Below are positions 19,193-28,881 of a stretch of DNA of 64,000 bases, in pieces. The notes under the pieces are model-generated. The model saw only the letters and a program-made list of their open reading frames with translations. It was not told the origin of the DNA and made no database searches. The stretch lies in contig JBGPQP010000002.1 in NCBI GenBank assembly GCA_041489155.1, positions 1 through 64,000 on the forward strand. The letters run 5' to 3'. Source of the DNA: Candidatus Aenigmatarchaeota archaeon (GTDB lineage: Archaea; Aenigmatarchaeota; Aenigmatarchaeia; QMZP01; QMZT01). The position numbers and the translations under genes were made by a program. How positions within the stretch are numbered: the first letter of the stretch is position 1; each line of letters starts with the position of its first letter.

Positions 19193-19597
19193 TCCTGCAA
19201 TTTTTTCCAAATCTTCATCTGTAAGAGGATGCTTCAAAGCCTCTTCTATTTTATCCGTATTCCATATTTCCAGATGATTAATCATTCCTATGACAGAAAC
19301 TTTACCTTTGAGCAGATTTGCGTATTTAACTGCCTCTTCTGGAATCCTGACTGTTCCTTCGTCAATGGATGAAAAAAATCCTTTCCCGCCCCGGGGAGAT
19401 GCAACAGGTGATGTCTCTATGTATCTGTAGCGCTTTGTGCGTTTACCATATGGCGGCATAAGCCTTCTGTGAAAATGCATGCCTGATACGCCCATTTCCT
19501 GAATAGTTCTCATCAGGTAGCCATTTCCAAGTCTCAGGTTGTTGTTCTGGAAAAATCTGCATTCGTCGCTGTAATTGCCGATAAAATATTTTACCAT
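19175..19597 (-). CDS. Hypothetical protein with MraZ/SpoVT-AbrB-like C-terminal domain
   Basis: IDEGTVRIPEEAVKYANL..V.VIGMINHLEIWN resembles the MraZ second repeat; AT-rich. Confidence 0.55.
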   Translation of the reverse strand: MVKYFIGNYSDECRFFQNNNLRLGNGYLMRTIQEMGVSGMHFHRRLMPPYGKRTKRYRYIETSPVASPRGGKGFFSSIDEGTVRIPEEAVKYANLLKGKVSVIGMINHLEIWNTDKIEEALKHPLTDEDLEKIAGSFAGK

Positions 19598-19630
19598 AAA
19601 AACAACTCGGAGAGATTAAAAGGAAAGCTT

Positions 19631-20590
19631 TTAATCCAGCAGTTCCTCGTCTTCCTTGACCTTTTCCTCGACCTCGTCCTTTATGCCGAGGCGCTCGACT
19701 ATCTCCTTGTAGCGGTTTCTTATCGTCACTTCAGTCACGCCGATTGCGTCAGCGACCTCTCGCTGCGTCTTTTTCTTTCCCTCGAGCACGGCTGCGATGT
19801 ACAACGCCGCGGCTGCGACGCCTATCGGTCCTTTGCCGCTGGTCACGTCGTGCCTCATCGCCTCGTCGAGAACTTTGACAGCCTTCACCTGTATTTTCTC
19901 GTCAAGGCCAAGAAGAGAACCGAATCTCGGGATGTAATCCTGAGGCTTCGCCGGAAGGATGCGGATGTCGAGTTTCCTGGAAATATAACGATACGTTTTG
20001 CCTATGTCCCTCTTAGGGATTCCGGACGCCTTCGAAATCTCGTCAAGCGTCCTTGGCGCGCCTTCCTCGCGGCAGGTCGTGTAAAGCAGGGCGGCGATTA
20101 TCGATTCAGTCGATCTTCCCCGAACCAGGCCCTTTTCGACCGCCCTCTCGTAAAGTTTCGCCACCTTCTCGTGGACTGCTTGCGACAAATTCAAGTATGA
20201 AATGAGCCTCTGGAGTTCGGAAAACGCGAAGGACAGGTTCCTGTCTTTCGATTTTATGAGGCGCTTGTGCCATTTGGAAAGCCTGTAATACTGCGCCCTC
20301 TTTTTCGCGGCGACCTTGAAGAGCTCGCCTCGGCCTTTGCCTATCTCAGTCGTGAGGCCCTGGTCGTGCTTCGTCACCGTCAGCGGAGCGCCCGTCCTGA
20401 CGCGCCTCGATCTCTGGCTGTCGTCGAACGCACGCCATTCCTGTGTGGTGTCTATCATCGAAGAATCAATAACCAGGCCGCAATCCGCGCACGTCATTTC
20501 CCCTCTGGAAGAATCATATTTCAGGTTAGTAGAATTACATTCAGGGCATTTTTGCTTCTTTCCATCAGTTTTATCAGTTTTTTGGCGCAT
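19631..20590 (-). CDS. tfb: Transcription initiation factor IIB (TFB)
   Basis: CPEC...CADCG Zn ribbon, EWRAF B-finger, two cyclin repeats, GVTEVTIRNRY. Confidence 0.97.
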   Translation of the reverse strand: MRQKTDKTDGKKQKCPECNSTNLKYDSSRGEMTCADCGLVIDSSMIDTTQEWRAFDDSQRSRRVRTGAPLTVTKHDQGLTTEIGKGRGELFKVAAKKRAQYYRLSKWHKRLIKSKDRNLSFAFSELQRLISYLNLSQAVHEKVAKLYERAVEKGLVRGRSTESIIAALLYTTCREEGAPRTLDEISKASGIPKRDIGKTYRYISRKLDIRILPAKPQDYIPRFGSLLGLDEKIQVKAVKVLDEAMRHDVTSGKGPIGVAAAALYIAAVLEGKKKTQREVADAIGVTEVTIRNRYKEIVERLGIKDEVEEKVKEDEELLD

Positions 20591-20800
20591 TTTACTCCCT
20601 TCAAGTGATTATAGATATCTAAACGTTAATATATTTTATAGTTTACTCATTTATAAAGATTTCGCTAGTTCAGTGTATATTTTTATACTTGGAAAGTGGT
20701 TACAGTGCCCTTCCGTGAAAAACGCTCCCCGGAAATCTCTACGGAAATTATTTATAATAAGGAATCCCAATATTACTATTAAAATTTTGAGGGTCGTTTT

Positions 20801-21199
20801 ATGGCAGAAAGAGCAGCAGAGATAAAGGAATTGAAACCCGGGTCCTACGTGATCATAGACGGCGAGCCATGCAGGGTCACGAAGATAGCAAAATCAAAAC
20901 CCGGAAAGCATGGCGCGACGAAGGCGAGAGTCGAGGCCGTCGGCGTATTTGACGACAAGAAGCGGACGCTCATGAAGCCGACGTCGGCGACCTGCAGCAT
21001 TCCCATAATCATGAAGAAAGGAGCTCAGGTCGTGTCAATAACGGGGAATGTCGCACAGCTGATGGACCTTACCGACTACTCGATGTTCGACTGCGAAATC
21101 CCGGAGGACCTGAAGGACAAAGTCCAGCAGGGCATCGAAGTAGAATACTGGGAAATCGGCAGCAGGAAGATGATAAAGCAGGTAAGGGCAAACCAGTAA
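20801..21199 (+). CDS. eif5a: Translation factor aIF-5A
   Basis: SKPGKHG hypusine motif. Confidence 0.96.
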   Translation: MAERAAEIKELKPGSYVIIDGEPCRVTKIAKSKPGKHGATKARVEAVGVFDDKKRTLMKPTSATCSIPIIMKKGAQVVSITGNVAQLMDLTDYSMFDCEIPEDLKDKVQQGIEVEYWEIGSRKMIKQVRANQ

Positions 21200-21266
21200 G
21201 ATAAAAACCCTTAAATACTCTTTGCTTTTTAAATAATAATTGAAGTTAAATTATCAGGTGATTTGT

Positions 21267-21341
21267 TTGCTGTTTGATGACGAAGGCGAAGATACGCCGG
21301 GCGAGTGGGAAGAAAACGAAGAAGAACAGGAGGAAGAATAA
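21267..21341 (+). CDS. Candidate 24-aa highly acidic microprotein
   Basis: AGGTGAT SD upstream of TTG; MLFDDEGEDTPGEWEENEEEQEEE*; TTTTTAAATA upstream. Confidence 0.45.
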   Translation: MLFDDEGEDTPGEWEENEEEQEEE

Positions 21342-21344
21342 GAA

Positions 21345-21764
21345 CTAGGCCTCCTTGTTCGCTTCCTTGTTTTTTATAATTCTGCTTGTTTTGTAACCTT
21401 CAAGCTTCTCTCTTATCCGCTTTATAACGCATGCGATTCCGTTTTCATCCAGGAGCCGCTTCAGTTCCCTTTCAGTCATTTCCTGGTCATAACCTAAAAC
21501 AATGATGTCAGGCTTCTCCTCCCGGACGACCTTCATGAAGTCGCGCTCGTCTCCTGTCACGACCTTGTCGGCTATGCCCAGCTTTTCGACGTTGCGCTTC
21601 CTTTCCTTCTGCCCGAGGATGGCGTAGCTCTTCGTCTTTTTTGCCGTTTTGTCATGCGCTATGACGACGATGAGATAATCGCCAAGCGCTTTCGCTTTCT
21701 TCAGAAAAAACTCGTGTCCGGGATGAACGATGTTGAACACCCCGCCGACGAGCACCTTTTTCAT
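21345..21764 (-). CDS. ribL: FAD synthase (RibL-like cytidylyltransferase family)
   Basis: GGVFNIVHPGH, PDIIVLGYDQ, KTSRI. Confidence 0.8.
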   Translation of the reverse strand: MKKVLVGGVFNIVHPGHEFFLKKAKALGDYLIVVIAHDKTAKKTKSYAILGQKERKRNVEKLGIADKVVTGDERDFMKVVREEKPDIIVLGYDQEMTERELKRLLDENGIACVIKRIREKLEGYKTSRIIKNKEANKEA

Positions 21765-21788
21765 AGCAATCCTAAAGCGCTTTATCTT

Positions 21789-21965
21789 TTACTTCATGAG
21801 GCTCATGGCCTCGACAGGGCAGAAATTGACGCATGCGGCGCAATTGATGCACTTCTTAGCATCGCAGAGTATGCCGTGCTCAGTCAGGTCGAGCGCGAGC
21901 TTCGAACACACCGCCACGCAGCCGCCGCAGCGCAGGCACTTGTTCTTGTCCGTTACCGCAACCAT
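21789..21965 (-). CDS. 2x[4Fe-4S] ferredoxin
   Basis: CLRCGGCVAVC and CINCAACVNFCP. Confidence 0.93.
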   Translation of the reverse strand: MVAVTDKNKCLRCGGCVAVCSKLALDLTEHGILCDAKKCINCAACVNFCPVEAMSLMK

Positions 21966-22050
21966 AAATATCACAATAGGTTATTTTTTAAACCGCGTGC
22001 TTAAATATTTGAAATAATGCAGGCAAGCGTGGCTTCAATGAGGTGACGTC

Positions 22051-22983
22051 ATGGCGGAAGGTTACGGTTTCGGCAAAATCATTCTGTTCGGCGAGCACTT
22101 TGTAGTGTATGGGCTGCCGGCGATAGCATCGGCGATAGGCGATAAGACCATCGCGAAAATCGAGAAGGCGAAGAAATTCGAGCTGGTTGACAAACGACCA
22201 GCGACCGATGGCTACAAAGTAACCAAGAAAGACGAGATGGATCGCTCAATGAAGCTGATTCTAGACTTCATGAAGATTGACACGCAGAAAACGCCCATAA
22301 AAATCACACTTTCGGGTAACCTTTTCTGCACGAGTGGCATAGGCGCGAGCGCGGCGATGGCGACATCTATCGCCCGCGCGTTTTCGCAATATTTCAACCT
22401 CAGCCTCAATGACGAGCAGGTGAACAGAATTTCCTACGAGGGCGAGAAAGGCTCAGCAGGAACGCCGTCGGGCATCGATAACACCTGCGCGACCTTCGGT
22501 GGTCTTCTCTGGTTTGAGAAGAACCTCAAAGGCGGCGAGAACAGGATGGAGCTGATAAAGGCAAAGCATCCCATCGAGATTGTTCTCGGCAACACGGGCA
22601 TCTCGCAGGAAACGAAGCTGGTCGTGGAGGACGTGAAAAAATCAAGGGAAGCCGACCTTAAGAGATATGAAAAGATATTCAGTGATTACCTGAAAATCGT
22701 GAACGAAGCCAAGAATGTCCTTGAAAGCGGCGATATCGGAAGACTCGGAAAACTGATGGACGATAACCATTGCCTGCTCAAGGAAATGAATCTTTCCTGC
22801 AGAGAGGCGGAGGAAATCATAAGCATTGCCAAGGCGAACGGCGCGGCAGGCGCGAAGATAACAGGCACAGGCCGCGGCGGCTATGTCATACTGCTCACGC
22901 CAGGCAAGGGCATCCAAGACAAGGTCGCAAAGGCAATCGAGAAGGTCGGCTACAAGACGATGAAGACGCAAATCGGCGTCTGA
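22051..22983 (+). CDS. mvk: Mevalonate kinase
   Basis: GKIILFGEHFVVYG, GIGASAA, PSGIDN, GAKITGTGRGG. Confidence 0.93.
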   Translation: MAEGYGFGKIILFGEHFVVYGLPAIASAIGDKTIAKIEKAKKFELVDKRPATDGYKVTKKDEMDRSMKLILDFMKIDTQKTPIKITLSGNLFCTSGIGASAAMATSIARAFSQYFNLSLNDEQVNRISYEGEKGSAGTPSGIDNTCATFGGLLWFEKNLKGGENRMELIKAKHPIEIVLGNTGISQETKLVVEDVKKSREADLKRYEKIFSDYLKIVNEAKNVLESGDIGRLGKLMDDNHCLLKEMNLSCREAEEIISIAKANGAAGAKITGTGRGGYVILLTPGKGIQDKVAKAIEKVGYKTMKTQIGV

Positions 22984-24088
22984 TTATTTCAAAAGAGGCA
23001 GCCTGTGGCCATATGTTCCCATTTATAACTGTGCTGTCCGGATAGAAGGGGTGAGGATTTTGCGTGTTTGTTTCCTGAAGAAGTTCTCCGAGATAACCCT
23101 CTAGTTTTGTTGAATAACCTCTCGTTCCTTCAGGAGAAACAACAGCTCTCTCCATTTTTTTGAGATATCTCCTGAAATCCTGATGCGATTCCAGAGGCCA
23201 AATGCTGTTTGAACCATAATCCCTTCCTTTTTCCAGCAACCCGTCCTGATAAGCTTTCCAGAATCTGAAAATGTCTTTGCATGCCTTCCTGTCTTTGGCA
23301 TCGCGCGGCAACGAGGATTTCTTAACGCCATAGGCTTTCATGAAATGTTTTATTGCCGCTTCGTGTTCTGGCCAGTTCGTTTCGAGCATTTTTAAAACAT
23401 AGGCAGGGTTTTGCCATGTCTGCGGGTGCCAGTCGCCTGATGCGAATATTCCATCTTCCTCAGTTACATTGAAAAAATTCTGGAATGGAATGTCACAATC
23501 GTGATGTATGGAGCCTACCTGCATGACCGCGGACATCTTTTTATCGCCAAGATATTGCGCCGCGAACAATTTAGGAATATGATCCTGTCTCCCTTGCAAA
23601 ACTGTGTATTTTATTCCGCGTCCGCCAACTCTGGTTGCAGCTTTTTCAAGCGGTATAGCTGCTGGATCTAGTAGCACAGCATGAATTTCTCCTTTGAAAT
23701 TTTTCGGAACTTTGTCTAAAAATGTTATGAAAGAATCTCCTGAGCCAGCGCCAACATCAAGAACATAAAATACCCTTCGTCCTCTTTGCGACTGCATTTC
23801 AAGATGTTTGGCTACGACCTCGCCTGTTTTTTCCCTTAGAATCTGATTGTTGTCATCACCGCCGAAAGCTCTCCTCGAGGCTTCTGCGACAATTTCAACC
23901 TGAGTCGGGTCTCCTTGCGCCCACTCTTTCATGTATTCGAGTCTTCCTAAATCAACCAAAAAATTTAACTCTGCAGGAGTATTCCACTTTATACCATATT
24001 TTGGCCAATCTTCGCACGGAGTTCTGAGTACATGACCTAATTTGATTGGCATAACGCTTTCGTCATGGGAAGGGAGTATTATCGTCAT
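22895..24088 (-). CDS. Class I SAM-dependent methyltransferase-like protein, AT-rich
   Basis: VLDVGAGSG motif I, LLDPA motif II; last ~30 aa read antisense into mvk. Confidence 0.7.
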   Translation of the reverse strand: MTIILPSHDESVMPIKLGHVLRTPCEDWPKYGIKWNTPAELNFLVDLGRLEYMKEWAQGDPTQVEIVAEASRRAFGGDDNNQILREKTGEVVAKHLEMQSQRGRRVFYVLDVGAGSGDSFITFLDKVPKNFKGEIHAVLLDPAAIPLEKAATRVGGRGIKYTVLQGRQDHIPKLFAAQYLGDKKMSAVMQVGSIHHDCDIPFQNFFNVTEEDGIFASGDWHPQTWQNPAYVLKMLETNWPEHEAAIKHFMKAYGVKKSSLPRDAKDRKACKDIFRFWKAYQDGLLEKGRDYGSNSIWPLESHQDFRRYLKKMERAVVSPEGTRGYSTKLEGYLGELLQETNTQNPHPFYPDSTVINGNIWPQAASFEIIRRRFASSSSCSRPSRLPLRPCLGCPCLA

Positions 24089-24236
24089 AATTATTACTAA
24101 TTAATGGTTAAAATAGATTTAAATACATTGGGATGTGCTTTGACCTTCGACGATTGGCGTCTGTTAACAATTTAAAATAAGAACCCAATTTCTCTATTAA
24201 GACCATTGAAAACCCAGAAGGATTAAGGTGATTTTG

Positions 24237-25514
24237 ATGAACATGCGTGAATTCGTGGATTTACTTGACAGTAAGGGGATGCTTGTAAAAATCAGGAAGC
24301 CGGTCGACGTGAAGTACGAGATATCAACCATAGTCAAGAAGCTAAACGGCAAGCCTGTGCTTTTCGAACATGTGAAGGGCCACACGATGCCCGTCGTCTC
24401 GAACGTGTGCTCTACGCGCGACCTCGTGTGCCTGGGGCTTGGCATCGAGAAGAAGGACCTCATACCGAAGCTGACGCATGCGATAGACCATCCGAAAGAA
24501 CCGAAAGTAAAGAAGGCGGAAGGCTATGAGGAACTGGAATGCGATCTTTCGAAGCTGCCGATTCTTACGTATTATCCGAAGGACGGCGGGCCCTACATCG
24601 CTTCGGGCATCGCGCTCGCGAAGGACGCGCAGTACGGCGTTAACGCCTCGTATCACAGGGCCATGATTTTAGGAAAGGATAAAATGGTTCTGAGGATTCT
24701 TGAAAGACACCTGAACGAGTACATGAAACGCGGCCTGAAGGAATTCGCCTTCTGCATAGGCAACCCCACGACCGTCCTAATTGGAGCGGCGATATCGGCC
24801 GAGCTCGGCAAGAACGAGCTGGCGATTGCGAACGCTTTGCAAGAAACAAGCGTCGTCGAGCTTGACGGGCACATCGTCCCAGAAAGCGAGATCGTAATGA
24901 TATGCGAGTTCACCGGCGAACTCGCCGACGAAGGGCCGTTCCTCGACCTGACGGAAACTTTCGACCTCGTCAGAAAGCAGTCGGTAGTGAAGGTCAAGAA
25001 GATATACGCGAGACAGGGCGCGCTTTTCCACGCGCTGCTTCCCGGCGACTTGGAGCACAAGATTCTCATGGGCATGCCGCGCGAGCCGACGATTTTCCGC
25101 GAGGTTGCCAAGGTCTGCGACTGCCGCGACGTTTATATCACGCCAGGCGGCTGCTCGTGGCTGCACGGTGCGGTGAAGATACACAAGAAGCACGACGATG
25201 ACGGGCGAAAAGCGATAGAAGCGGCGTTCAAAGGTCACCATTCGATGAAGCACGTATTCATCGTGGACAGCGACATAGACATCGAGAACCCTAGTGAAAT
25301 CGAGTGGGCTATGGCAACTCGCTTCCAGGGCGACAAGGACATGGTCGTGAAAACGAAGGAGAAAGGCTCGTCGCTCGACCCGTCGTCAGATATGGCGACG
25401 CGCGAGACGACGAAAGTTGGTTTCGACCTTACAAAGCCGCTAGTCCCGAAGGGCAAGGACTTCAGCAGGCCCGAGCTGCCTATGAATATTAATATTGAGG
25501 ATTATCTCAAGTGA
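24237..25514 (+). CDS. UbiD-family prFMN decarboxylase; by context anhydromevalonate phosphate decarboxylase
   Basis: DGGPYI, EGPF, VDSDID, WAMATRFQGDKD, GSSLDPS; cluster context. Confidence 0.9.
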   Translation: MNMREFVDLLDSKGMLVKIRKPVDVKYEISTIVKKLNGKPVLFEHVKGHTMPVVSNVCSTRDLVCLGLGIEKKDLIPKLTHAIDHPKEPKVKKAEGYEELECDLSKLPILTYYPKDGGPYIASGIALAKDAQYGVNASYHRAMILGKDKMVLRILERHLNEYMKRGLKEFAFCIGNPTTVLIGAAISAELGKNELAIANALQETSVVELDGHIVPESEIVMICEFTGELADEGPFLDLTETFDLVRKQSVVKVKKIYARQGALFHALLPGDLEHKILMGMPREPTIFREVAKVCDCRDVYITPGGCSWLHGAVKIHKKHDDDGRKAIEAAFKGHHSMKHVFIVDSDIDIENPSEIEWAMATRFQGDKDMVVKTKEKGSSLDPSSDMATRETTKVGFDLTKPLVPKGKDFSRPELPMNINIEDYLK

Positions 25515-25527
25515 AAGGAGGGATAGC

Positions 25528-26706
25528 ATGCTACTGACGAAAGAACAGGAGAAGATGCTTCACGGCGAGCATGGCGATGTGATCGAACGCCAGATGCGCC
25601 TGCTGGTGAGGCTTGGCGAAATATACAAGGCCGACAAGATGATAGAGATCGGCTCGGCGCAGGTCGCCGGCGTGTCGTACAAATCGATAGGCGACCCGGG
25701 ACTTGATTTCCTGGAAGACATCGCCAGGAAGGGAGCGAAAGTCCGCGTCATGACGACGCTCAACCCGGCTGGCATGGACATGGAGAGCTGGGAGGAAATC
25801 GGCTTCCCCAAGGACTTCGCGCACAACCAGATAAAAATCATGAAGGCCTTCGAGGCGATGGGCATCGTCACATCTGCAACATGCACGCCGTATCTCGCAG
25901 GCAATCTCCCTCGTTTCCGCGAGCACATCGCGTGGTCGGAGAGCTCTGCTGTCGCCTTCTCCAACTCCGTGATAGGCGCAAGAACGAACCGCGAAGGCGG
26001 GCCATCCGCGCTGGCGGCCGCGATATGCGGCTTCACGCCCAATTACGGCTTACATCTCGACGAGAACAGGAAACCGCACATGCTTGTAAAAGTCGACGCC
26101 AAGCTCGAGTTCAACGCGGATTTCGGCGCGCTGGGTTCTCACGTCGGCAAAATCGCGGGCAGCAAAATTCCTTATTTCACCGGCATAAAGGACGCGAACA
26201 CAGACAATCTGAAAGCGCTAGGCGCAGCGATGGCCGCGAGCGGCGCTGTCGCTCTCTATCATATAGAAGGCCTCACGCCCGAAGCGTACATGATGGATAC
26301 GAAAGGTCTCGAAACAATCGAAGTCGGTGAGAAGGAGATAAAGGAAGCGTACGCAAAGCTCAACACGGGTAGCGAGCCTGACCTCGTCGTAGTCGGCTGC
26401 CCGCACGCGTCGCTACGCGAAATAATCCACATCGCGGAGAAGGTGAAGGGAAAACATCTGAAAAAGCCCCTGTGGGTATGCACCTCGCGTGTCATGAAAG
26501 ACGCCGCGAAAAGAATGGGCCTGACGGAAACGATAGAAAAAGCCGGCGGCAGGCTTGTAGCTGACACCTGCATGGTCGTCGCGCCCATAGAACAGATGGG
26601 CTTCAAGACGACAGGCGTTGATTCAGGCAAGGCCGCGAATTATCTGCCTGGCTTCTGCAAGCAGAGCGTCGTGTTCAGGCGCATAGACGACCTGTTAAGG
26701 ACATGA
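25528..26706 (+). CDS. Aconitase X large subunit; by context phosphomevalonate dehydratase large subunit
   Basis: GVSYKSIG, TCTPY, WSESSA, GARTNREGG, GCPHAS, DTCMVV. Confidence 0.92.
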   Translation: MLLTKEQEKMLHGEHGDVIERQMRLLVRLGEIYKADKMIEIGSAQVAGVSYKSIGDPGLDFLEDIARKGAKVRVMTTLNPAGMDMESWEEIGFPKDFAHNQIKIMKAFEAMGIVTSATCTPYLAGNLPRFREHIAWSESSAVAFSNSVIGARTNREGGPSALAAAICGFTPNYGLHLDENRKPHMLVKVDAKLEFNADFGALGSHVGKIAGSKIPYFTGIKDANTDNLKALGAAMAASGAVALYHIEGLTPEAYMMDTKGLETIEVGEKEIKEAYAKLNTGSEPDLVVVGCPHASLREIIHIAEKVKGKHLKKPLWVCTSRVMKDAAKRMGLTETIEKAGGRLVADTCMVVAPIEQMGFKTTGVDSGKAANYLPGFCKQSVVFRRIDDLLRT

Positions 26707-26743
26707 TGCATACGGAGTATGCGTCTTTTGAAGGAGAGTGATT

Positions 26744-27139
26744 ATGATGGAGCACATGAAAGGAAGGAGCATTTCGCCGGGAAAGGCGCAGGGAGAAGCA
26801 ATCGTTTCGAGAACGCCGATTGGCTTTTACGGCGGCATCGATTCGAAGACTGGCGTTGTCATTGAGAAAGGCCACGAGCTCGAAGGACAGAATGTCAAGG
26901 ACAAGATTCTTGTCTTCCCCAACGGCAAGGGCTCGACCGTCGGCTCTTACGTGATTTACGGCCTGAAGAAGAACGGCGTCGCGCCGAAAGCGATAATCAA
27001 CAAGGAAACGGAAACGATAGTCGCGACCGGCGTGATTCTTGCAGACATTCCCTGCGTGGACGGGATAGACATCGACAAGATAAAGACCGGCGACCACCTG
27101 AAGATCGATGCAGACAAAGGGATAGTTGAACATGACTGA
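26744..27139 (+). CDS. Aconitase X small (swivel, DUF126) subunit; phosphomevalonate dehydratase small subunit
   Basis: FYGGID, FPNGKGSTVGSY, GVAPKAII. Confidence 0.92.
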   Translation: MMEHMKGRSISPGKAQGEAIVSRTPIGFYGGIDSKTGVVIEKGHELEGQNVKDKILVFPNGKGSTVGSYVIYGLKKNGVAPKAIINKETETIVATGVILADIPCVDGIDIDKIKTGDHLKIDADKGIVEHD

Positions 27140-27701
27140 AGCGAAGGAAAGGGTTATAGTAGGTATCTCGGGTAGCTCATGCATCATCCTCGGGGTACGC
27201 CTTCTTGAAGTTTTGAAAAAACTGAATTTCGAGGTTCATCTGATTATAAGCGACACTGCAAAAAAACTCATCGAGCACGAGACCAGCTACAGCGTGAAGG
27301 ACGTCGAGAAGCTCGCCACGAAGGTTTACGGCTACAGGGACTTTTTCGCGCCCGTCGCTTCCGGTTCCTTCCGGACGAAAGGCATGGTAATAATTCCCTG
27401 CAGCATGAAGACGCTCGCCGGCGTAGCATCCGGATATTCGGACAACCTGATGCTGCGCGCCGCTGACGCATGCCTGAAAGAGCGGAGGAAGCTCGTCCTT
27501 GTTGCGAGAGAAACGCCGCTCAGCCTGATTCACATAGAGAACATGCGCAAGGTCACCCTCGCCGGCGGAGTTGTGCTGCCGCCTGTGCTGACGCTTTACT
27601 CAAAACCGAAAAAAATAGAAGACGTTGTCGATCACATAATAGGCAAGACGCTCGATGCGCTGGGCATAGAAAACAAGATTTACAAAAGATGGGCGGACTA
27701 G
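27132..27701 (+). CDS. ubiX: Flavin prenyltransferase UbiX
   Basis: VGISGSS, ASGSF, PCSMKTLA, LKERRKLVLVARETP. Confidence 0.95.
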   Translation: MTEAKERVIVGISGSSCIILGVRLLEVLKKLNFEVHLIISDTAKKLIEHETSYSVKDVEKLATKVYGYRDFFAPVASGSFRTKGMVIIPCSMKTLAGVASGYSDNLMLRAADACLKERRKLVLVARETPLSLIHIENMRKVTLAGGVVLPPVLTLYSKPKKIEDVVDHIIGKTLDALGIENKIYKRWAD

Positions 27702-28042
27702 CGGGCTTTCTTTTCCTCTTCCTTGTAATACTTTTCGAATTTCTCAAGCATTTTCGGGTCGGCGTTTTTCCTGGCCTCGAGGAACTTTTGCGAAAACTGT
27801 TCGTCGTCGCTGACCATCAGCAGGCAGCAGACGCCCTCGACGTCCTGCTCTATCAGCTTTAGTATGACAAAATAGTCTTTCCTCTCCTTCGCGAGACACG
27901 CCAGCTTGCAGAAGCCGAGAAAAACGATTGTCTTTTTTGCATCCTTTACTTCCTTATCTTTCAGTTTTCTGCCGAAGAAGCTGCCGGGGTAAAGCCTGTT
28001 GTAAGCATTGAGAGAATAGACGCATGCTTTCTCGAGTTTCAT
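27698..28042 (-). CDS. Hypothetical protein (~114 aa)
   Basis: Start taken at MKLEK so it does not overlap ipk; shares an AT-rich divergent spacer. Confidence 0.6.
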   Translation of the reverse strand: MKLEKACVYSLNAYNRLYPGSFFGRKLKDKEVKDAKKTIVFLGFCKLACLAKERKDYFVILKLIEQDVEGVCCLLMVSDDEQFSQKFLEARKNADPKMLEKFEKYYKEEEKKAR

Positions 28043-28088
28043 GTTTCCTACTTGTTTTGAATTTAAATAAAGATGCGCAATTTTAACT

Positions 28089-28865
28089 ATGAAAAATCTG
28101 ATATTCGTCAAGCTGGGCGGCTCGCTGATAACCGACAAGGCGAAGCCATACACGGCGAGGTTCGATGTCATAAAACGCCTCTGCAAAGAGATACACGAGG
28201 CGAGGCAGGTCAAAGGCATGACGATACTAGTCGGCCATGGCGGCGGCAGCTTCCCTCACGTCTCGGCGAAGCAGTATGAAACCCACAAAGGCGTGATAAA
28301 CGAGAAGAGCTGGGAAGGCTTCTCCAGGGTCCACGACGACGCTGCAAGGCTTAACAGGATAGTCGTTGGTTCGCTCATAGAGACAGGGGAGAACGCCGTT
28401 TCGATACAGCCGTCAGCGTCGTGCCACGCCAAGAACGACAGGATAACCGAATGGTATACGAGACCCATAGAAAACTCTCTGGCGCATGGCCTGATACCCG
28501 TCCCGTACGGCGACGTGTGCCACGACGACGTCAAGGGATGCTGCATAATTTCAACCGAGGAGATACTAAGATTCCTTGCCAGAAAGCTCAGGCCGCAAAG
28601 GATAATAATGGCTGGCAAGACTGACGGCGTGCTCAACGAACTTGGGGCAACCATAAAGAAAATAGACAGGAAGAATTTTCATGATGTAAAGGAATCCCTT
28701 GCAGCCTCGGATGGCTTCGCTGACGTGACGGGGGGAATGATGCAAAAGGTCGCCGTGGCAATGGAGATGGGTGTCGAGGTCGAGATAATAAACGGCATGA
28801 AGCCTGGCCTGCTGAAGCGCTCGCTGCTCGGAGAGAAGGGTCTGGGTACGTTTATAAAAGGGTAG
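28089..28865 (+). CDS. ipk: Isopentenyl phosphate kinase
   Basis: KLGGSLITDK, HGGGSFPH, PVPYGDV, DVTGGM..K. Confidence 0.93.
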   Translation: MKNLIFVKLGGSLITDKAKPYTARFDVIKRLCKEIHEARQVKGMTILVGHGGGSFPHVSAKQYETHKGVINEKSWEGFSRVHDDAARLNRIVVGSLIETGENAVSIQPSASCHAKNDRITEWYTRPIENSLAHGLIPVPYGDVCHDDVKGCCIISTEEILRFLARKLRPQRIIMAGKTDGVLNELGATIKKIDRKNFHDVKESLAASDGFADVTGGMMQKVAVAMEMGVEVEIINGMKPGLLKRSLLGEKGLGTFIKG

Positions 28866-28881
28866 ACTGTGAATGATTATT

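Noticed and set aside
24237..27701. Ubiquinone or aromatic-acid decarboxylation role for UbiD/UbiX
   Set aside because: Context with AcnX, mvk, ipk and fni points to the mevalonate pathway.
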